Made by a program: the position numbers and the translations under genes. The notes beneath the pieces are model-generated. The model was not told the DNA's origin, ran no database searches, and saw nothing but the letters and a program-made list of their open reading frames with translations. Below, piece after piece: positions 57,201 to 64,000 of a stretch of 64,000 bases of DNA (position 1 is the stretch's first letter; every line of letters begins with the position of its first letter). Origin of the DNA: a virus (Duplodnaviria; Caudoviricetes); the IMG/VR virus record IMGVR_UViG_3300018475_000011, positions 24,000-87,999 of that record. One strand, 5' to 3'.

Positions 57201-57892
57201 TATCTTTCAACTTCCTTCCGCTTTGGCTCTTTTGTCTTGCTTTTTTCTTTATCTAAAGCTCCTAATTCTTTGGCAACGGTTAAAATGTTCTTTATTGTGT
57301 TATAACCTATGTTATCGCTTGAAAATCCCGCTCCGTCGCCTACTCTTTGAATATTGTTTCGCATTGCAAATTCCCACGCAAAGCTATCTATAACATCATG
57401 CCTTGCATCTCCGTAATTATCTTTGAAGCGATTTATAATGCCAATGGCATTTTGAGTAATAAGATTAGAATATTGAACATCATTCAAATCATAACATTCT
57501 TGCTGATATTTTAAGGTGTAATCCTTAATACATTTACATTCGGACAAGGCAGATAATACCTTTTCACAATCTTCATCTTTTAGATATCCCGTAAATTCCA
57601 TTGGGTGTAAATACAAATACGTTTTATCGAATTTATAACCTTTAGATAATTCAGCACAACTACCCGAATTATCATTTGGTTCGTTTACGGTAAATCCGTA
57701 GGAACGCAATTTATTATGTACTTCCGTGTGGAAAGCATTGGCTTGTTGTCTATTCCACCCCGTTCCCATTTGATAATCGCCGTGAATACCTATATATACT
57801 CTTTTATATTCAGACGGTTGAAGGATAACATCGGGTCTTATTTCCATATTCCAATCAAACGGTTCTGTTCCTTTTACACTATATACGCTCAT
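57200..57892 (-). CDS. hypothetical protein, tail ..RKEVER
   Basis: 230 aa coupled ORF. Confidence 0.7.
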   Translation of the reverse strand: MSVYSVKGTEPFDWNMEIRPDVILQPSEYKRVYIGIHGDYQMGTGWNRQQANAFHTEVHNKLRSYGFTVNEPNDNSGSCAELSKGYKFDKTYLYLHPMEFTGYLKDEDCEKVLSALSECKCIKDYTLKYQQECYDLNDVQYSNLITQNAIGIINRFKDNYGDARHDVIDSFAWEFAMRNNIQRVGDGAGFSSDNIGYNTIKNILTVAKELGALDKEKSKTKEPKRKEVER

Positions 57893-58697
57893 TTCTATTA
57901 TTTTCCTTTCTTATGTTCTTTGTGGCAATAGAAACACACTCTTCTACTTTCTTAATAGATACTTCCATGGTTTTATCCCAATTTTCTCTTTGCATTTCGG
58001 CTGAATATCCTTCAATACAAAACATTTTTGAATCTACGGAATTAATCGAATTGATAGCTTTTATAGGTGTTCCTTTCCACTTTTCAAGGTTTACCTTATA
58101 ATCATCAATCAGCACGGATATTTCCGCATTTCCTTTTATGAAGTTATTTTTATCTGCTCCTAACGGGGAAAAAAATATGTTTTTTTTGTCTATAAAAGGA
58201 CAGTTATTATCTAGCCATTCCCATTTATCCCTTATCGTATCTTTTTCAGCAGAACTAATAACGCATACATCATATCCTTTTACACATAGATTTCTCGCAA
58301 GCTCTATCATAAATTCGTGTGGCTCTATATCTTTGAAATAATGGTAATGCGGGTCAAGCACTTGGTCGGGATATGCAAACCCCCTTGTGTTTTGATACCA
58401 ATATCCCAATGTTCCGTCAATGTCAAAGTATATCGACGGTTTATTTGAGCAAGGAACATTAGTCGTAGCCAAATTAGCCCATTGTTCCTTGTCGTACTTC
58501 AAATATGCCTTTAATTCGGGAGCGTCCTTACTAGACCATACCACTTCATCATCTATATTTCTCTTTATCTCTGCAAGAGCGACGAATGTTCCGTACTTAT
58601 CTGCATACAAATCCGTTTCATTTAATGCTGATTGAAGATTATTATGTGGTTTCTGCATTTTGTCGCCGTTTTGATTTGTGTATTCTACATAATACAT
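57879..58697 (-). CDS. HAD-superfamily 5'(3')-nucleotidase-like protein with N-terminal extension
   Basis: IYFDIDGTL..VISSA..KWEWL..LIDDYKVNL. Confidence 0.75.
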   Translation of the reverse strand: MYYVEYTNQNGDKMQKPHNNLQSALNETDLYADKYGTFVALAEIKRNIDDEVVWSSKDAPELKAYLKYDKEQWANLATTNVPCSNKPSIYFDIDGTLGYWYQNTRGFAYPDQVLDPHYHYFKDIEPHEFMIELARNLCVKGYDVCVISSAEKDTIRDKWEWLDNNCPFIDKKNIFFSPLGADKNNFIKGNAEISVLIDDYKVNLEKWKGTPIKAINSINSVDSKMFCIEGYSAEMQRENWDKTMEVSIKKVEECVSIATKNIRKENNRNERI

Positions 58698-58729
58698 AAA
58701 TAATCACACTCCTTTGTATGAATATAAGG

Positions 58730-59027
58730 CTTAAAAGTATATCAAGTTAGAGTATTAAGCCTTTCACACTCAAATTTGCCTTTCCATGTGATTTTTGCGA
58801 TTTATTATAACACATGGATATTTGCGTTTATTTATTAAATTACATTATAATTTTGCGTTTTATACATATTAAAATATACATTATAATACATACTAAAATG
58901 CAAATTAAATTTGCGTTTTATCGCCATGCAACGCATGGCACACTATTATAAAAAGATATCTCACGAAATAATAATGCAAAAAGAGCTTTGTTTTTATCTT
59001 AATCATATAACTTGATATACTTTTAAG
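58730..59027. repeat. perfect 20-bp inverted repeat flanking 258 bp
   Basis: CTTAAAAGTATATCAAGTTA (58730-58749) and TAACTTGATATACTTTTAAG (59008-59027). Confidence 0.9.
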
Positions 59028-59033
59028 ACATAC

Positions 59034-59987
59034 TTATCTTTCATAATCACGCCTTGACTTGCTCTTTGATGTAGTTTTGGTCTGATTTCCTTGCTTTTCT
59101 GTATTTTCTTCTGCTTCTTTTTCTTCGTAGGTTTTTACGCCCCGCTCTTTTTCAAGGCTTCCTATATCATCAAACATTTCGTATTGAATAAGATTTCCTA
59201 CTTTTGTTTTATCTATTGTTGTTTCTTTTGGAGCTTCATTATGAACAATCTCATTATTGTTCTTAACCATAGAATTAAATTGTCGTTCCATATCGGGATT
59301 ATCTCTTAATGCTTCCATGGTTGCATTGGTAGCCATAACATATCCGTCATTGCTTTCTGTTATTTCAAGGCTTAATGGCTTGGTTTCCACTATATCAATT
59401 TTAATAAGTTCATTTTCATCTTTAGCCTTAAAATATGCGTCAATCGTCTGTTCTCGAATGGAAAGAGATGAATTTATATCAATTCCTACATCTTCCATTA
59501 ATGCAGATACAGCATTAAGAGATTCCTTTACATCATTTATTGATATGCCGTCACGCATTGCATTGTGGAGAGCTTCATTTAATGTTTTGCTTTCAAGCAT
59601 GGTTTCTATGGATTGCAAAACGATATCATCTCTAAAATCACGGCTCATTATACTTAAATTAGCATTAAATCCTTCTGCTAAAACATATCGCATCGTTTTA
59701 TCATCTAAATTATTAGATAGTATAGCCAAATTGTCACAATAAGCATCTTTGCCTATTAACGATTCAATTTCGTCGCCCACCCTATTGGTTGATGCGGTAA
59801 TAAATTCCAAAGCATTGCCAACAGAATTAAAAAATGATTTAGTTTCCATGTAATCACGCATGGATTCAAAACAATCTCTTTCTTCTACTTCTTTTTCTTG
59901 AATAGAACGGTTGATTTCAATTTCTCTTTCCTTGTATCTTTCGATTGCTTCTTGGATTTCTATTTCGCTTTCCAATATTTTATTCAT
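59034..59987 (-). CDS. hypothetical protein, tail ..RRDYER
   Basis: start 59987 after AAGGAG, coupled to upstream stop. Confidence 0.7.
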   Translation of the reverse strand: MNKILESEIEIQEAIERYKEREIEINRSIQEKEVEERDCFESMRDYMETKSFFNSVGNALEFITASTNRVGDEIESLIGKDAYCDNLAILSNNLDDKTMRYVLAEGFNANLSIMSRDFRDDIVLQSIETMLESKTLNEALHNAMRDGISINDVKESLNAVSALMEDVGIDINSSLSIREQTIDAYFKAKDENELIKIDIVETKPLSLEITESNDGYVMATNATMEALRDNPDMERQFNSMVKNNNEIVHNEAPKETTIDKTKVGNLIQYEMFDDIGSLEKERGVKTYEEKEAEENTEKQGNQTKTTSKSKSRRDYER

Positions 59988-60897
59988 AAGACATCTCCTT
60001 TTTGTTTTTCTTATTGTGAGCATTTAATAAAGCAATACATTCCGCATATACGCCGTCGGTTATAAATTTGCCATATTCTTTTGATAATTTGGCACTAAAA
60101 CGGGTATCTATTGATACGGTCGAATTTCTTTCTCGGCTTGTCAAATCGACGGTGCATATATCCGCAGATAAAGATTCGTTAGTATTTGTTCTTTTCAAAT
60201 TCATTTCAATAGATATTTCATCTACGATAAAACTATCATATAAAACGATATTTCCATTTTTGAATCCTACATTATAATCCGTACTTTCCATTAAAAATTT
60301 TAATACTTCCAATTTGAAATCATCAGCATTTTCTATATATCCAAAAGCTGATATGTCGCCACCTAAAGATGCTATTTTTAAGGGATTAGTTTTTGAGCTT
60401 TTCATAATTACAGATAATAAATCGTCAGCTCCTTTTAATATTTGTGGCGGGTTATATTTATCTGCAAAGCTCAACGGAAATAATTTGCAAAAATCCATAA
60501 AGCATTTTTGACATTCTTCAATTATATATTTGGGACATTTTCCTTCAACCAAATAAGAAGTGGGGCGTTCAAATCCTATCTTTTTTTCCAACTCCATATT
60601 TAAGGAACTATAAGAACAATAGAAATGAGTGTCTATTTCCAATATGCTACCCTTGCTTTTACTAAGGGAAATATCGTGAACTCCACCCAACTTTATATCA
60701 GACATTACCATTCTTTGTAAATGTGGTATCATTTTATTTTCAATATGAGCTTCTATTTCAGCTATCAAGGCACTTGTATTAGCCTTTTCCAATACATTTC
60801 CTTCAAAAAATTCATTAGCCATACAAGCCTTATAATATTTTTCAAGGTATTCCTTTATGATTTTAACTGAAATGTTTTTATGTCTGTCGTTATACAT
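59980..60897 (-). CDS. hypothetical protein
   Basis: 305 aa; AAAGGA SD. Confidence 0.7.
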   Translation of the reverse strand: MYNDRHKNISVKIIKEYLEKYYKACMANEFFEGNVLEKANTSALIAEIEAHIENKMIPHLQRMVMSDIKLGGVHDISLSKSKGSILEIDTHFYCSYSSLNMELEKKIGFERPTSYLVEGKCPKYIIEECQKCFMDFCKLFPLSFADKYNPPQILKGADDLLSVIMKSSKTNPLKIASLGGDISAFGYIENADDFKLEVLKFLMESTDYNVGFKNGNIVLYDSFIVDEISIEMNLKRTNTNESLSADICTVDLTSRERNSTVSIDTRFSAKLSKEYGKFITDGVYAECIALLNAHNKKNKKEMSYE

Positions 60898-60912
60898 ATA
60901 ATTTTCCTTTCT

Positions 60913-60963
60913 GATAATAAAATAAGCGGGGTTTTATATATAAATATATAGAACGCCCGCTAA
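60913..60963 (-). terminator. terminator-like hairpin immediately upstream of the 60897 SD
   Basis: AGCGGGCGTTCTATATA..TATATAAAACCCCGCT TATTTTATT. Confidence 0.55.
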
Positions 60964-61059
60964 ATGCCTAAAATAATCGCTATGACGGACTTTCCAATCA
61001 ATAAGGTTCTACCGTTTCTAAAAGCCTTCAAGATGCACCAACGCATCGACTTTTTAGAA

Positions 61060-61088
61060 AGTATAGCAATTATTATATAAAATGTCAA
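61060..61088 (-). promoter_or_regulatory. SigA-type promoter
   Basis: TTGACA-17-TATACT with extended TG. Confidence 0.75.
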
Positions 61089-61091
61089 TAT

Positions 61092-61625
61092 TTAGAAAGA
61101 CAATAGGTTGAATTTGGTTAGTATTCCCAATAGCAATACAAGAACTACATTAAGGCGTGTGAATGATATCGCTTGTTTACTACCCGATAATATGTTTCCA
61201 AAATGAATGTTTTTGTTTTTTATCAAAGACGGTATTCCCGTCGGATTGAATAAATCTAAATATATATGAGAAATGCAACCTATAAAAAACCCTACAAGAG
61301 TAGGAAAGCAAAAATATGATAATAATAAGCCTATTGAATAAGCGAAAATATCGTGAAATAATCCCCTATGATATTTACCGCCCTTTCCGAATTTCTTTCC
61401 TATTTTGTCTATATATCGGCTTAAAGGATATGATAATCGCCCCATAAACGATTTGGGATTATCAATATCGGGAAATATTCCACCTATCAAACACCCTTCA
61501 ATCAAAAGTGTTGCGGTTGCTCCGCTATATTCTATGTTAGGAAACGCACCCGATAAACTATCCATGTTTAAGGCAAGCATCGCTCCGATTGCTAACCCTA
61601 ACGTACAATGACAATTTCCGTTCAT
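61092..61625 (-). CDS. YdjM-like membrane-bound metal-dependent hydrolase
   Basis: MNGNCH..FPDID..HRGLFH..SHIYLD. Confidence 0.8.
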   Translation of the reverse strand: MNGNCHCTLGLAIGAMLALNMDSLSGAFPNIEYSGATATLLIEGCLIGGIFPDIDNPKSFMGRLSYPLSRYIDKIGKKFGKGGKYHRGLFHDIFAYSIGLLLSYFCFPTLVGFFIGCISHIYLDLFNPTGIPSLIKNKNIHFGNILSGSKQAISFTRLNVVLVLLLGILTKFNLLSF

Positions 61626-61682
61626 TTCTTCTCCTTATGTAATATATATTATAATATATATTGTATATATTATAATGCACAT

Positions 61683-62048
61683 TTAATCATTCACATATTT
61701 TTCAAGAAAGTCGGCTATTAATTCCGATAAGCTAATTCGATTATCATAAGCCTTTTTATATGCTTTTTCATATATGCTTGGAAGAATAGTAAACGAATAC
61801 CTTTTCTTTGTTTCCCTATTAGTTTTCGGTCTACCACGCCTTACCTTGTCCTTTTTAGGCTTTTTTTCCTTTTCGGGAGCGGAAATAATTGCCTTTTCGA
61901 CAACATCAACCTTTTTCACATCTTTTTCTTCGGTTGGGGAATCCTTTTCGCCTACTTCTACTACCTTTCGTGATATAATTGAGCCAACGGGACTTCTTCT
62001 TATTGTTCCATTTTCACGGTCTGCAAGACCACTACCTTTTTGTGCCAT
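61683..62048 (-). CDS. RHH partition adaptor (type Ib ParB/ParG-like)
   Basis: downstream of parA; KRYSFTILPSIYEKA..ISLSELIADFLEKY. Confidence 0.7.
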   Translation of the reverse strand: MAQKGSGLADRENGTIRRSPVGSIISRKVVEVGEKDSPTEEKDVKKVDVVEKAIISAPEKEKKPKKDKVRRGRPKTNRETKKRYSFTILPSIYEKAYKKAYDNRISLSELIADFLEKYVND

Positions 62049-62061
62049 AAACTACTCCTTC

Positions 62062-62811
62062 CTATTCCCCATAATTTTCATTAATGAAATTCGCAATTTT
62101 CACATATTCCATTGCAACATCACTATTGGGGTTAAATTCAACAACGGGAACGCCGTCATAAACGCCCTTGTCGGTATCGTTCTTCAAGTTACAAACACCT
62201 AGAACTTTATAATTCTTCATCATCGCTTCTAAAATCTCTTTTTGCTTATTGGTTCTTTGATATTTAGTCGCTATATATCCGTATATTTCTAAATCGGGAT
62301 TAGTAAGCTCCTTTATGTCTGCAATGCTATTATTTAACAATTCGATTCCCCTATAACTGAAATATTGGGTTTCAGAAGGAATAATAACGCCGTCCGCACA
62401 AGTCAAAGCATTAACCGTGAGCGTACCCAAATTTGGCGGGCAATCAATCATAATATAATCATATACGCTCTTTAATGGCTCAATGGCTCTTTTCAATATG
62501 TATTCACGGCTTGTTCGGGATATTAAGTTAAGCTCTTCTGTCGCAAGGTCTATTGTCGATACAGCAATGTGCAAATTGCTGTTAATTTCATATACGCAAT
62601 CAGCAATAGAAGCACTCCTATTGACTACGTTAGCCATGCTCTTTTCTAAATCGTATGGCTCTATTCCGACCGCTATTGTAAGACTTGCTTGCGGGTCTAA
62701 ATCAATCATTAAGACCTTCTTTCCTATATTAGCCAAAGCCATGCCAATATTGTAAGTCGAAGTGGTTTTTGCTACTCCACCTTTTTGATTTGAAAATGCT
62801 ATTACTTTCAT
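62062..62811 (-). CDS. parA: ParA/Soj-family partition ATPase (type Ib)
   Basis: NQKGGVAKTT, IDLDPQAS, IDCPPNLG; no N-terminal HTH. Confidence 0.9.
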   Translation of the reverse strand: MKVIAFSNQKGGVAKTTSTYNIGMALANIGKKVLMIDLDPQASLTIAVGIEPYDLEKSMANVVNRSASIADCVYEINSNLHIAVSTIDLATEELNLISRTSREYILKRAIEPLKSVYDYIMIDCPPNLGTLTVNALTCADGVIIPSETQYFSYRGIELLNNSIADIKELTNPDLEIYGYIATKYQRTNKQKEILEAMMKNYKVLGVCNLKNDTDKGVYDGVPVVEFNPNSDVAMEYVKIANFINENYGE

Positions 62812-62847
62812 AAGTTTTGTTCACTCCTTTTTAATAAGATATGTATT

Positions 62848-62877
62848 ATTATATATACTGTAAATACTAATTGTCAA
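62848..62877 (-). promoter_or_regulatory. parA operon promoter
   Basis: TTGACA-18-TATAAT. Confidence 0.65.
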
Positions 62878-62958
62878 TATCTTTAATTAAAATAAATACA
62901 ATAAATACTATAATTAAATAAAAAAGATGCTTGCCGTAAGGCAAACACCTTTAATCCT

Positions 62959-63597
62959 TTATAACATATAACAATATTCTATTTCCCAACCCTTATCTCC
63001 ACCATGTTCCGCTTTCAAATACCGTTCTATACGCACACACGGGTCGCTCTTATCAAGAGAAGTAGCAAATATGGAATATCCCCCCATTCCCGCAATCCAT
63101 GCCTTATTGTTATTTGAAACTTCATAACTTCTCGATTCAAGGGGATATTGAACATCAAAACTATCTTCCTTTATAACAATAACACCCTTTATCACATCAT
63201 CTCCGTAGCATATATGTTTTTCATTTTCTTTTCTTAATTTATTTCTTTCATCAATCATGTCGTTATGCTCTCTCATAGCACCACATAGCTCGGCGTAAGA
63301 AATTTTATTAATTCCGTCGGGGGAATCTTTATAAACAAAAGGAAGTATGAAAACACCGTAGCACGTTTCTTCAATTTGTGCCTTCATTTCATGCTCTTTA
63401 AGAAAATCCTTTAATTTACTTACATAATCATCAGTTAAAGATAGTTCAACGTATTTATCGCATAAAGATACTTTGAAACAATCCCTTTCCTTGTATTTAT
63501 CGAATACGCTAGGTAGCAACTTAACATTACTTCCTTCCGATTCTACAATATTGTTAAATTCATTAATCAATTCTTTAATGTTTGGTTGTGTTTTCAT
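62959..63597 (-). CDS. hypothetical protein
   Basis: 212 aa; AAGGAG SD. Confidence 0.7.
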   Translation of the reverse strand: MKTQPNIKELINEFNNIVESEGSNVKLLPSVFDKYKERDCFKVSLCDKYVELSLTDDYVSKLKDFLKEHEMKAQIEETCYGVFILPFVYKDSPDGINKISYAELCGAMREHNDMIDERNKLRKENEKHICYGDDVIKGVIVIKEDSFDVQYPLESRSYEVSNNNKAWIAGMGGYSIFATSLDKSDPCVRIERYLKAEHGGDKGWEIEYCYML

Positions 63598-63628
63598 AAT
63601 TAATCTCCTTTGAATTATTTATAATCCT

Positions 63629-63657
63629 ATTATATCACAACGTAACGCATTTGTCAA
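63629..63657 (-). promoter_or_regulatory. CGTTAC-class promoter 10
   Basis: TTGACA aatgCGTTACgttgtga TATAAT on the minus strand. Confidence 0.85.
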
Positions 63658-63883
63658 TACATAGATATACAGTATATATAGTATATATTAATATATATAT
63701 TATATATACTATATTATAGTGCTGTTTAGTAGAGTCTTTATGTGAGCGGGCATCTATCTTTCTATCAAAAAAACATATAAATAATTTAATATAATTAAGT
63801 ATTATATAATGTAATTATATATATCTTTATTAAGGGGGGCGAAAAATGTCGCAAAATAGCGGGTTGTGGGATTTTTTGGTAAT

Positions 63884-64000
63884 AATATAATTCCTAACGG
63901 TCATAATAAGATTCCCGAAGGTCATAATGAAAATCCAAAAGGTTATAATAAAATTCCAAAAGGTTATAATAAAATTCCAAAAGGTCATAATAAAATTCCA
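63884..64000. repeat. 21-bp tandem iteron-like repeats (run off the window end)
   Basis: GGTYATAATAAAATTCCAAAA consensus; GGT at 63899, 63920, 63941, 63962, 63983; preceded by a very AT-rich tract. Confidence 0.85.

Noticed and set aside
58790-58830. Definite MOB_V-type nic site (ATGTG/TTATA inside a hairpin, minus strand)
   Set aside because: Short AT-rich match that is equally explained as an extended -10; no relaxase in view.
58730-59027. MITE or IS remnant
   Set aside because: No target-site duplication and no second copy or transposase in the window.
63884-64000. CRISPR array
   Set aside because: Head-to-tail 21-mers with no unique spacers.

Overview
AT-rich 64 kb segment that reads as part of a large plasmid or conjugative element of a Bacillota (Clostridia-like) host. 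The host and element type are inferred from SigA-type promoters, GGAG/GGGG Shine-Dalgarno (SD) sites, a ParA plus ribbon-helix-helix (RHH) partition pair, 21-bp iteron-like repeats, a serine resolvase and TraX. I saw no capsid, terminase or tail genes, rRNA, tRNA or CRISPR array. Positions 1-42020 carry about 94 mostly small + strand genes in terminator-promoter-gene modules. These include RecD2-like and Pif1-like helicases, SSB, an ERF annealase with an (Asn-Ala)28 tract, DUF932, thermonucleases, HEPN, HD, an R-S-E ADP-ribosyltransferase-like protein and a resolvase. Positions 42081-63597 carry larger - strand genes: RecJ-like, CHC2 zinc finger, a tandem degenerate DEDD exonuclease, ArdC-like, a WGR-helical-catalytic PARP, a HAD nucleotidase, ParA and an RHH protein. 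Main unexplained signals: (1) an unannotated ~100-nt small RNA (~41435-41532) antisense to the ACAACCAA...SD leaders of at least seven distant genes, including recD2, ssb and erf; (2) ten near-consensus promoters with CGTTAC at a fixed spacer position, and an RHH gene beside the sRNA; (3) 13 of 16 consecutive - strand proteins ending in a basic tail with terminal [DE/G]R, suggesting a cassette of type IV-translocated proteins that includes a eukaryote-like PARP; (4) several catalytically degenerate enzyme folds; (5) a palindromic repeat array at 18.3 kb and a 258-bp segment flanked by a 20-bp inverted repeat at 58.7 kb. Family assignments are by eye from motifs; no database search was run.
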